Positions 1 to 7,616 of a DNA stretch of 64,000 bases are shown here, one piece after another. Location: IMG/VR virus record IMGVR_UViG_3300027747_001183; one strand, written 5' to 3'. Every line of letters starts with the position of its first letter. The first letter of the stretch is position 1. The position numbers and the translations under genes are program-made. The notes below the pieces were generated by a model. It was not told the origin of the DNA and searched no databases. It worked only from the letters and a program-made list of their open reading frames with translations. The stretch is from a virus.

Positions 1-1
1 C

Positions 2-547
2 TAGCGTGTGTCCGACTTTCTCTGCCTTCGAGAAGTGCCTGACTGCCCATGCATACCACTTCTCACGACCGTAGTAGTCATGGATGAAGATGACTGGGTC
101 TTCTTTCGTTGAGAGGAACTTCATGAGGAATGCGGTAGCGCCGCGGGCAATACCGTCTACTAAGAAGATGTCGGCATCTAGGATCTTCTTGTTAGGAACC
201 ATGTAGTCGTCTAGACCGTGCGGGTGCTCTTCCGTAATCGTAGCGTAGCCGTGCTCGAAGCCGTAGAGTTCTGGCTTGAAGAGGAACGTGAACCGCTTGT
301 TGATGTCCGGCCGAGTATTGATGTACTCAGACACCTTCATCTGCCAAGAAGGGTTGTGCTCGATCGACGTGAGTGTCTGATCGCCAGTCATGGTTTCTAG
401 CCACTTGACCGTTGATCCGCCGCAGCCCCACTCTACCATCTTGCCGTCCGACGGCATGTTCTTGATGCAGCCGGTGATGTACTCGACCTCGTCCGGCTGC
501 ATCTGTATCTCTGTCATTGGACCATAGTTTACTGGAATGCTCATCAT
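2..547 (-). CDS. Class I SAM-dependent methyltransferase (runs off window edge)
   Basis: Manual translation MMSIPVNYGPMTEIQM...KMVEWGCGGSTVKW...TSIEHNPSW...DIFLVDG...IFIHDY; motif I-like EWGxGGST; absent from ORF track because truncated. Confidence 0.75.
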   Translation of the reverse strand, partial: MMSIPVNYGPMTEIQMQPDEVEYITGCIKNMPSDGKMVEWGCGGSTVKWLETMTGDQTLTSIEHNPSWQMKVSEYINTRPDINKRFTFLFKPELYGFEHGYATITEEHPHGLDDYMVPNKKILDADIFLVDGIARGATAFLMKFLSTKEDPVIFIHDYYGREKWYAWAVRHFSKAEKVGHTL

Positions 548-562
548 TATCACTTTCTTTTT

Positions 563-636
563 TGGTTGCGCAGCTAGGAGTTGCACCTAGAATTTTAGGG
601 TATGAGCCTAATGTGATACTGTTTCACTACCGCGCG
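563..636 (-). tRNA. tRNA-Met(CAT), initiator-like
   Basis: CGCGCGG...TTAGG CTCATAC CCTAA...CTGCGCA A CCA; C1:A72 mismatch typical of fMet tRNA; atypical T-loop TGCAACT. Confidence 0.8.
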
Positions 637-643
637 TCAATCT

Positions 644-1009
644 TTAGGCATCACGGGAGATAAAGTGCTGCCTGATCTTCTGTGGCTTAAAGTACTCATT
701 GACCAAATCAATCACCGTATTTACATCATAAGGCTTGCAGCTGAAAATGTCAATATAAAAGTTGCCGTCGTTCTCACAGAAGTGTCCAGTGATGTTCGAC
801 GTCTCGATCATCTGGCAGAAGCTGATACCAGCCTTGTCTGCTGCGTGAGTAGCGAAGCGCTCGATCCATGGCTCGCCAAACGCGACCATGTCGATGTCGT
901 ATACGAGAGTCGTGATGAATTCTTTGACGTTCTGCTTCGATGAGATTAGGTCTTTGTCTCCGGCAGTGCAGTCGAGAAGTAGGTGGTAGCCCCATGTGCT
1001 AGTTGACAT
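644..1009 (-). CDS. speD: S-adenosylmethionine decarboxylase proenzyme
   Basis: WGYHLLLDC, IETSNITGHF (self-cleavage Ser region), YIDIFSCK motifs. Confidence 0.85.
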   Translation of the reverse strand: MSTSTWGYHLLLDCTAGDKDLISSKQNVKEFITTLVYDIDMVAFGEPWIERFATHAADKAGISFCQMIETSNITGHFCENDGNFYIDIFSCKPYDVNTVIDLVNEYFKPQKIRQHFISRDA

Positions 1010-1041
1010 ATCGTTGTTTCCTTTTAAAGATAGGGTGTAAT

Positions 1042-1845
1042 TTATTTGTTACAGACTGTCTTCTTGTCGGCCGCTACCTTACCGGTATCCACCTTAGGGA
1101 ATTCATTCTTATTAGTCTTAGAGTCGGGTGTAGGAAAAGTGATGCCGGAAGCCTTCTCAACGTCGGCTACCGTAACTTGATATTTAATGTAGTCTGCATC
1201 GATGTTTACGATGTTCGGCATAATAAACGCGTATGACTGTCGAGTATTGTTATCGACTAAGATCTTATACAGTGAGTCCGGAACGACTACCTTGTTCTTT
1301 CCGATGGTCTTAGAAGATGCGGTATAGATGTTGCCGGCATAGATAGTTACTATATGGTTGAGGTCGTGGGATACGGCGCGCTCTTGAGTCTCGAGCATCT
1401 TCCATGTTCCTCGATTTACTGTAGGTAGCTGCGGTGACATGTTCGACATGATGAAGGACTCTCGAGCTACTGCTGGGTCCCACGACATGTCGGCGTTGTT
1501 TGCTAGGTGTCCTTGATCATAGCCAGAACCAGCGTAGTCCTGAGGAGTAGAGCGCTGGTCTTCAGGAAGAGACTGGTCAGCGGCAAAGGCGTCGTCGCGC
1601 TCTACACATCCTATGGAGTGCTTAGGAGTGAGCGTCCATGCTACCCAGCGAGGGATCTTTGCGGCTGGATCGTGCATGAGAATGTAGGCTCTCCTGCAGA
1701 TGACCGGGTTCTTGGCCACCATGGTAGGCATACCATAAGGCAGCTGATCAGCACATGCAGCTTGCATTCTAGGTGGCGCTTGTTCTGCGGCAATTGAAAT
1801 TGCAGGAAATAACGCTGCAATTAGCACGAACAGTAACTTCATCAT
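1042..1845 (-). CDS. Secreted DNA/RNA non-specific endonuclease (NucA/EndG family)
   Basis: Signal peptide; GYDQGHL (DRGH-type), SNMSPQ..NRG.W..LE active-site motifs. Confidence 0.9.
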   Translation of the reverse strand: MMKLLFVLIAALFPAISIAAEQAPPRMQAACADQLPYGMPTMVAKNPVICRRAYILMHDPAAKIPRWVAWTLTPKHSIGCVERDDAFAADQSLPEDQRSTPQDYAGSGYDQGHLANNADMSWDPAVARESFIMSNMSPQLPTVNRGTWKMLETQERAVSHDLNHIVTIYAGNIYTASSKTIGKNKVVVPDSLYKILVDNNTRQSYAFIMPNIVNIDADYIKYQVTVADVEKASGITFPTPDSKTNKNEFPKVDTGKVAADKKTVCNK

Positions 1846-1866
1846 TTTTTTTATTCTCCATGATGA

Positions 1867-1891
1867 AAGAGGGGAGTACTGCTCCCCTCTT
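1867..1891. terminator. Hairpin, probable intrinsic terminator
   Basis: AAGAGGGGAG-TACTG-CTCCCCTCTT inverted repeat between genes. Confidence 0.6.
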
Positions 1892-1896
1892 CACGA

Positions 1897-2325
1897 TTAA
1901 TTCATTAACTTGAGAACACGCTTACAATAAGCAGTAGGTCTCTTAGGTTTAGCAGTGCTTCCACTGCTGTATATGGCTAAAGCGTAGCATACGTCGTTTT
2001 CGGCGATGTCTAGCGCTTCTCTCAGGTACAACATACTGTAGGTGAGGTTGATTTCAGGGTCACTCAACCCATCACACTTACCGTTGTAACCCATCTTCTT
2101 TGCAGTACTGCAGAGAATCTGACCAAGCCCATATTCTCCCCTCTGGCCTCTCACCTTTGGATTGTTTGTAGACTCAATATGTACAATTGCTTCTGCTAGC
2201 TTGTATGGAACGCTGTATCTTTCGGAGTATGTCTTTACTAGATTTTCGATGTCTGCGGCGTATGTGTTTGATGCAGAAACAAACATACTAAACCCTATAG
2301 CTAGGGTCAATAGTAGTTTCTTCAT
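1897..2325 (-). CDS. Lytic transglycosylase (SLT domain) with signal peptide
   Basis: AIVHIES catalytic Glu, GEYGLGQI, P..NL..S..YL, A...Y..G motifs. Confidence 0.85.
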   Translation of the reverse strand: MKKLLLTLAIGFSMFVSASNTYAADIENLVKTYSERYSVPYKLAEAIVHIESTNNPKVRGQRGEYGLGQILCSTAKKMGYNGKCDGLSDPEINLTYSMLYLREALDIAENDVCYALAIYSSGSTAKPKRPTAYCKRVLKLMN

Positions 2326-2400
2326 TTCTTCTCCTTAGTGTTGACGACGGGACTACTTAGTCCGGCCGCTTCTCGCATCGAAGAAAAGATGCGGTAACTT

Positions 2401-2408
2401 TATTTATA
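2401..2408 (-). promoter_or_regulatory. T4-type late promoter TATAAATA
   Basis: Exact TATAAATA upstream of SLT gene; gp55 present in window. Confidence 0.7.
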
Positions 2409-3309
2409 ACCACTTTTCTACCTTGATGTCATCTGCGCATGGACATTCTTTCATCCTGCAGACGGTAGGTTTTAGATCGAATATATCAGTATCAAATACT
2501 ATATTTCCAATCTTTGGGTCGTTGGAACATGAAGCCCTATATATGTCTCCATTTGCTCTTATATAGAAACGAGTAACTCCGGCATTGCAGGTCCAGCCTT
2601 TAAACTTATAGTCTTCGTTGTACATGATGCTAATCATATCTAGCTTTTGTTCATCTAGATAGATCTCAGTTACTTTTTTTGTGGGAGGGTGCTTGGCATT
2701 ATTATATGAGAACTCATGAAATTCTTCTATTGGTAACTTTGACTTATTGCTTATTACTCGATCTTTAACGGAGTTGCCTGCTCTGGAATCGATTACTTTT
2801 AGCTTGCATGTCAGATGCAAGCTATTGTCTTTTATAAAAGACAGCAGTTCTTTGTTCCTATCATGTATATCGGCATCTCCTAGTAGAAAAACGTGAACGC
2901 TTATTTCACCCGTTGCTATAGTGCTTAGTACTCGTTTAAAGTGTTCTATATCGGCTTCTGGATGAAATGATAGAGTTACGTGATTTAGCTTCTCGTAGTT
3001 TCTCTTCCACCACTCGACTGTTCGACTCCCATTTGATGACAGTTCAATCTCTAGGTTGTCTGGCTTTGCGTCTATAAAATCTTGAAGCTTTGGCCAGAGA
3101 GAAGGCTCTCCACCCTGTATATCAAGGACTACGTGCTCTTTATTCTCACACATGGCCTTAAAGAAGTCGATCGACGCCTGTAAGTCTGGCCAACGATATC
3201 TACCATTATGAAAGTAGTCATCGCAGTACCAGCATGAGTAGTTACACACGGTGGTGAGTTCCCATGTGACTAGCGTAGTTTTAGGTCTGTTGACTCTAAG
3301 GCGTCTCAG
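2404..3309 (-). CDS. Radical SAM protein with C-terminal SPASM/twitch-like Cys cluster
   Basis: WELTTVCNYSCWYC (CxxxCxxC), GGEP, WTCNAG...C...C.C; frame is open upstream of the track start (3249) to a CTG at 3309 preceded by GGAG. Confidence 0.85.
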   Translation of the reverse strand: MRRLRVNRPKTTLVTWELTTVCNYSCWYCDDYFHNGRYRWPDLQASIDFFKAMCENKEHVVLDIQGGEPSLWPKLQDFIDAKPDNLEIELSSNGSRTVEWWKRNYEKLNHVTLSFHPEADIEHFKRVLSTIATGEISVHVFLLGDADIHDRNKELLSFIKDNSLHLTCKLKVIDSRAGNSVKDRVISNKSKLPIEEFHEFSYNNAKHPPTKKVTEIYLDEQKLDMISIMYNEDYKFKGWTCNAGVTRFYIRANGDIYRASCSNDPKIGNIVFDTDIFDLKPTVCRMKECPCADDIKVEKWL

Positions 3310-3327
3310 AGTTAACTCTCCAATTTT

Positions 3328-3534
<207 letters not shown>

Positions 3535-3542
<8 letters not shown>

Positions 3543-3807
3543 AAGTAAAGTAGTCATCGTAGTACCGATGAATGTAGATATCGAAGTGCTGAGAGTGCTC
3601 ATGGAGAACTGAGTAGCAGCTTCGGCCGCGGTATAGCTCACTGAAAGGATTGTTCTTTCCGAGGCGTCCCTTGATAGAGACTCTCCAGCGGTACTGTGGA
3701 TTTGAGTTTTCAGCATTCAGTTGCCGGACTTGATTCCGAACTTGTTGTACTAGAGAGTCATCTTTAGAGAAGACTGTACCTTTATATGCTGGAGTCCGTT
3801 GTTTCAT
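3535..3807 (-). CDS. Hypothetical early protein
   Basis: ORF with RBS directly behind early promoter cassette. Confidence 0.6.
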
Positions 3808-3827
3808 GTGATGTATCCTTTCCATTC

Positions 3828-3902
3828 CTTATATTCTTAATATAAGCTAAAATAGAATAAAAGTACACAGTTTTTTTCAAAAAATAAGCCATTGAAAAGA
3901 TT
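3828..3902 (-). promoter_or_regulatory. Early promoter cassette with upstream AATCTTTTCAATGGCTTA box
   Basis: GTGTACT -35, TATATT -10, AAGAATATAAG downstream; repeated elsewhere in window. Confidence 0.7.
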
Positions 3903-3913
3903 AGGCTTTTTGT

Positions 3914-3988
3914 TGGAGCGGGCAAAGGGATTTGAACCCTCGACATTCAGTTTGGAAGACTGACGCTCTACCCCTGAGCTATACCCGC
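3914..3988 (-). tRNA. tRNA-Gly(TCC)
   Basis: GCGGGTA...TCAGT CTTCCAA ACTGA...TGCCCGC T CCA. Confidence 0.93.
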
Positions 3989-3991
3989 GAA

Positions 3992-4756
3992 TTATTTTTC
4001 TATTTTATGTCCATCGATTATAGGCTTGCGGGCAATCTTTGATATCTCAAGTAAATGCCCAGAACCTATTGTATATAGTCCGTTGGGTGATTGAGTTACA
4101 ACCCATTTATCTCGAAAGTCGTTTGCCTTTTTAGCAACCTTGCCAGCAGGGTTTGGATAACTATCCCAATTAGAAGGCCACATTTCACTATCACCTAGTT
4201 TAAGAAATGCCACAGCATTTTCACTAGTCGCCATTGTTTTTTTTGCTATATCTAAAAAATCTATTTTTTTACTAGGGTTACTAATACTTTTTAAAAACTT
4301 ATCAACAGTTGTTCGTGTTGGTGGGATTTTTTTCATAGAAGATATTTTATAACCAGCTTTAACCATAGCTTCATATAAGGTTAATTTGGGGTTTGTAATA
4401 TAACTACTAATCGATTCTGGTGGTTTGTTTGAAAACAAAGCGTATAAAAACTCTGGTGGGTGTGTTGATAAAGATTTAACAGCCATATCATCAAAACCAT
4501 TTTTGTATTTGCCAAATAAAGGTTCTATAATTTTTTGATCTGGTCCACCAGCAGGACCTTCATAGTACATACCAAGCTTTACTATAGGCAACAACCTATC
4601 AATCAAATCTTCTGATAATAAAGGCAATGTGCCATGATCCATACCAACAAATGCTTTGTTATCTGATATAAAAATAACACCTTGAGGTGCAAATTTAAAT
4701 TTACCAGAAAGATTGTTATTTTTTAAATATTTGGTTAAGCCAGTACTAAGTGCCAT
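3992..4756 (-). CDS. Hypothetical protein, possible TIKI/TraB/EreA-ChaN-like fold
   Basis: FVGMDHG, YYEG, NDFRD, TIGSGHL pattern; visibly more AT-rich than neighbours. Confidence 0.5.
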   Translation of the reverse strand: MALSTGLTKYLKNNNLSGKFKFAPQGVIFISDNKAFVGMDHGTLPLLSEDLIDRLLPIVKLGMYYEGPAGGPDQKIIEPLFGKYKNGFDDMAVKSLSTHPPEFLYALFSNKPPESISSYITNPKLTLYEAMVKAGYKISSMKKIPPTRTTVDKFLKSISNPSKKIDFLDIAKKTMATSENAVAFLKLGDSEMWPSNWDSYPNPAGKVAKKANDFRDKWVVTQSPNGLYTIGSGHLLEISKIARKPIIDGHKIEK

Positions 4757-4805
4757 AACATTTTCCTTTAAAAATTATCGGTTGAAAGATAAAAACTCAT
4801 TGAAT

Positions 4806-4890
4806 AAGGTGCGCGTCGTCTACTAGCCACTTGATGAGTAGCACCAACCATAGGATCTTCACTAGGTTGTCTATAACGAACGTGTACCTT
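4806..4890. ncRNA. Candidate structured non-coding RNA
   Basis: Closing stem AAGGTGCGCGT/ACGTGTACCTT plus internal hairpins in an intergenic gap. Confidence 0.4.
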
Positions 4891-4909
4891 TTATATAGCT
4901 TTCTAAACA

Positions 4910-5335
4910 TTACCCGATAGCCGCCCTCTTTCTAAGGTCAGTCGTAGAGAATCGATGCTTTCTGCTGTTGTAGAAGATCGATATGTTTTTGTCCATGCAG
5001 AACTGCTTGCCCGTAAAGTCGCGACCCGTGTACTCCTCACCGACGAATCGGATGTTGATAGGGAGGGCCGCGAGCAGGTCCAGAAGGTCCTGCTCAGTCG
5101 TGTAGGGGATCACCTCGTCTACCGGAGCGCATGCCCGCACTTGGATGAACCGCTCTACTATAGACTGAGCAGGCTTGTTCTTGGTGTCTGGCCGGTCGAT
5201 AGTAGGATCAGTCTGCAGTCCTACGATCAGCCAGTCACAGTAGTTCTTGCACTCCTCGAGCATGAGGACGTGGCCTGCATGCAGAAGGTCAAAGGTCGAG
5301 CACGTAAAGCCCACAGTAACATTCTCTATTCTCAT
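4910..5335 (-). CDS. Cytidylyltransferase (TagD/glycerol-3-phosphate CT-like)
   Basis: TFDLLHAGH (HxGH) and R.H.FSTT motifs. Confidence 0.85.
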   Translation of the reverse strand: MRIENVTVGFTCSTFDLLHAGHVLMLEECKNYCDWLIVGLQTDPTIDRPDTKNKPAQSIVERFIQVRACAPVDEVIPYTTEQDLLDLLAALPINIRFVGEEYTGRDFTGKQFCMDKNISIFYNSRKHRFSTTDLRKRAAIG

Positions 5336-5350
5336 CTCACTTCTCCATAA

Positions 5351-5827
5351 TCACGCAGCTAGTATGCTCTTTAACCTATCAGCAGCATAAGAAGCAGCAA
5401 AAGCGTTTGGCTTAACAAGAGGCACCACATTACACATACCACGAATATATCCTGTTGATTCATTGATGACACAGCTAGAGCCGTGGTGCTCATCAGGGTT
5501 AATATCGAGATGTACTTCGACATATCGATCCTCCAGTACGTCTGCGAGCTTCATGTAGAGCTCGGCGATCTTATATACCTCGTTCATCAGGCGAAAGCGT
5601 GGCTTGTCTTTCTGCTGGTCAAAGTCCCTCTCGCGGACTACCTCGCCAAAGATCTTACAGCCGCGGTTACCGTTGTAGTGGATAACGACTGCCAGTGTAT
5701 AGTCAGCATGCCAGACGCCGTCTATCATGAATCGTTCCGAGTCCCCACCGAGATAGATCTTTGTCTCTGGTGACTGTGCATTGATAAACTCTGCAACTTC
5801 TTGGATGTTCATCTCTTGGCGTAGCAT
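5351..5827 (-). CDS. RNase H-like YkuK/DUF458 family protein
   Basis: IYLGGDSE, RLMNEV, EVHLDIN, KP.AFAASYAAD motifs. Confidence 0.75.
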   Translation of the reverse strand: MLRQEMNIQEVAEFINAQSPETKIYLGGDSERFMIDGVWHADYTLAVVIHYNGNRGCKIFGEVVRERDFDQQKDKPRFRLMNEVYKIAELYMKLADVLEDRYVEVHLDINPDEHHGSSCVINESTGYIRGMCNVVPLVKPNAFAASYAADRLKSILAA

Positions 5828-5832
5828 ATTTT

Positions 5833-6033
5833 TTACTCTTTTAACATTCTATTTATAGTTACATTTTTTTGTATTCTTATTTCTCTATTACTCCAAGTCC
5901 AGCATTCGCTTGAATCATCTTGAAAGCAAACCCATAATAGATCATGTTCCATACCGTAGTCTATAATAAAATGAGCCCAAGCATTTCCCTTGGGGGTAGT
6001 TAGAGGAAGAGGAGATGATAGCTGAATAATCAT
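5833..6033 (-). CDS. Small hypothetical protein
   Basis: 66-aa ORF TPKG.AWAHFIIDYG.EHDLLWVCF, co-oriented. Confidence 0.65.
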   Translation of the reverse strand: MIIQLSSPLPLTTPKGNAWAHFIIDYGMEHDLLWVCFQDDSSECWTWSNREIRIQKNVTINRMLKE

Positions 6034-6047
6034 ATATTATCCTGAAT

Positions 6048-6121
6048 TGGCTGGGGATCAAGGACTCGAACCTCAAATAACGGAGTCAGAGTCCGCTGTT
6101 ATACCATTTAACTAATCCCCA
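6048..6121 (-). tRNA. tRNA-Gln(CTG)
   Basis: TGGGGAT...GCGGA CTCTGAC TCCGT...ATCCCCA G CCA. Confidence 0.92.
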
Positions 6122-6127
6122 AAGTAT

Positions 6128-6202
6128 TGGAGCGGAGAATGGGGGTCGAACCCACGACATTCTGCTTGGCAAGCAGATGCTCTACCACTGAGCTACCTCC
6201 GC
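6128..6202 (-). tRNA. tRNA-Gly(GCC)
   Basis: GCGGAGG...TCTGC TTGCCAA GCAGA...TCTCCGC T CCA. Confidence 0.93.
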
Positions 6203-6218
6203 ATATTCTATTTAATAT

Positions 6219-6295
6219 TGGTGCCCTAGGAGAGACTCGAACTCCCAACATCCGGAACCTAAACCCGGCGCCTCTACCAATTGGACTACTAGGGC
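6219..6295 (-). tRNA. tRNA-Leu(TAG), short variable loop
   Basis: GCCCTAG...CCGGG TTTAGGT TCCGG ATGTT GGGAGTTCGAGTCTCTC CTAGGGC A CCA. Confidence 0.88.
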
Positions 6296-6300
6296 ATTGA

Positions 6301-6376
6301 TGGTAGCCGGTGACGGGTTCGAACCGCCGACAATCTCGGTGTAAACGAGGCGCTCTACCAACTGAGCTATGGATCC
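6301..6376 (-). pseudogene. Chimeric tRNA-Val(TAC) with mostly unpaired acceptor stem
   Basis: D, anticodon (TTTACAC) and T arms intact, but 5' GGATCCA cannot pair with 3' ACCGGCT. Confidence 0.7.
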
Positions 6377-6382
6377 AATATC

Positions 6383-6550
6383 TTAGACTACAATATAGTA
6401 CTTCTTTGCTTCTTTGTCAACTAGTAAGTGCGCTCTAGGATCGGTGACTTTCTTGTCGTTGATCCGAATGGCACCTGACTCGATCGCGCGTCTAGCCTCT
6501 GACTTAGACTTGCAGAAGCCGACTGCTACGCATATCTCAGCGATTTCCAT
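6383..6550 (-). CDS. Stand-alone S4 RNA-binding domain (TyrRS C-terminal-like), 55 aa
   Basis: Manual translation MEIAEICVAVGFCKSKSEARRAIESGAIRINDKKV; RBS GAGGAG; below ORF-track cutoff. Confidence 0.75.
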   Translation of the reverse strand: MEIAEICVAVGFCKSKSEARRAIESGAIRINDKKVTDPRAHLLVDKEAKKYYIVV

Positions 6551-6552
6551 GA

Positions 6553-7203
6553 CTATCTCCTCATCAACTCGTCTACAAACTCAAGCAAGAGCTTCTGGTT
6601 GTGAGTAGCCCTGTCTTGATCCCAAACCCTACGCATCCAGCTGTACTCTGAGTACCAGTGATACTCGGCTTCTGGATGTGATCCTATGAGCCCGACTCTG
6701 CCCTGAAAAGCAGCCATAGGGTCACCGTTAGGGTAAGTAGCAATAACGTCGAGAGGGCCAGACCCAACAACTGAGCATCCGTCATACCAGAACATCCTCT
6801 CTTTTTTTCCGTTCCAAGTTATCTCTAGATCTTTTGCGTGAGGCCTGCGCGTGTCCGAGTTCGGGCGGGCAAGGTACTGAACGCAGTCTATGTCCTGCAG
6901 AAGGTTCAAGTAGTGCTGACCGGCCCAGTAGGCGCCCATGCATATGCCAAGGTATCGGCCACCTCTATTGACGAAGTCTCGTATCTTTGGAATGTGCTGG
7001 CGCATTACCTTGTGAAAGGTCTCGGCGTCACCAATCCCACCTGGGATCAGTATCATGTCGACGTCGTCGAACCAGTCGTCGAAGTACAAGTCGTGCTTCG
7101 TGAAGACTTTAAACTGGTAGTAGGGCTGCAGGATATTCAACACCGCATTGATGCTCGGTACTGAGCACCTGGGGTGATCGACGAATATCGCTACCTTACC
7201 CAC
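6553..7203 (-). CDS. Class I glutamine amidotransferase-like protein (BPL_N family)
   Basis: IPGGIG, GGRYLGICMGAY nucleophile elbow, SHPE. Confidence 0.8.
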   Translation of the reverse strand: MGKVAIFVDHPRCSVPSINAVLNILQPYYQFKVFTKHDLYFDDWFDDVDMILIPGGIGDAETFHKVMRQHIPKIRDFVNRGGRYLGICMGAYWAGQHYLNLLQDIDCVQYLARPNSDTRRPHAKDLEITWNGKKERMFWYDGCSVVGSGPLDVIATYPNGDPMAAFQGRVGLIGSHPEAEYHWYSEYSWMRRVWDQDRATHNQKLLLEFVDELMRR

Positions 7204-7219
7204 ACGACCCTCCGCAAAA

Positions 7220-7293
7220 TGGCACCAGTGTAGGGAGTCGAACCCTAGCCCGCGGTTTTGGAGACCGCTGTGCTACCGTAACACTTCACTGAT
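7220..7293 (-). tRNA. tRNA-Trp(CCA)
   Basis: ATCAGTG...GCGGT CTCCAAA ACCGC...CACTGGT G CCA. Confidence 0.9.
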
Positions 7294-7309
7294 ATTGTAT
7301 ATTTATTAT

Positions 7310-7384
7310 TGGCGATCCGTAGGGGTTTCGAACCCCTCTAACTCGTTAGACAGACGAGGATCCACACCAGCTGATTCACGGACC
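7310..7384 (-). tRNA. tRNA-Asp(GTC)
   Basis: GGTCCGT...CTCGT CTGTCTA ACGAG...ACGGATC G CCA. Confidence 0.88.
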
Positions 7385-7390
7385 GAATAT

Positions 7391-7467
7391 TGGAGAGGAA
7401 GATGGGACTCGAACCCACATGAAAAGGTTTTGCAGACCTTGTAGTAACCATTCCTACGCACTTCCTC
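7391..7467 (-). tRNA. tRNA-Cys(GCA)
   Basis: GAGGAAG...AAGGT CTGCAAA ACCTT...CTTCCTC T CCA (U73). Confidence 0.88.
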
Positions 7468-7472
7468 ATTAA

Positions 7473-7548
7473 TGGTGCTGCCTGTCGGATTCGAACTGAC
7501 GACCTACGCATTACTAGTGCGTTGCTCTACCAACTGAGCTAAGGCAGC
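7473..7548 (-). tRNA. tRNA-Thr(AGT), A34 anticodon
   Basis: GCTGCCT...ACGCA CTAGTAA TGCGT...AGGCAGC A CCA. Confidence 0.9.
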
Positions 7549-7553
7549 AAAAC

Positions 7554-7613
7554 TGGGCGGGAGCAAAAGAGTGACCTTTTGTTACAATCATATATTTCTA
7601 TATGACTCTCCCG
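7554..7613 (-). ncRNA. Candidate 60-nt tRNA-like three-helix RNA ending in CCA
   Basis: CGGGAG/CTCCCG, AGTCATATA-GAAA-TATATGATT, CAAAAG-GTCACT-CTTTTG, then C-CCA. Confidence 0.5.
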
Positions 7614-7616
7614 ATA

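Noticed and set aside
4806-4890. Hammerhead ribozyme call
   Set aside because: Core has UUGAUGA and GAA rather than CUGAUGA and GAAA, and stem I is only ~2 bp; kept only as an unassigned structured element
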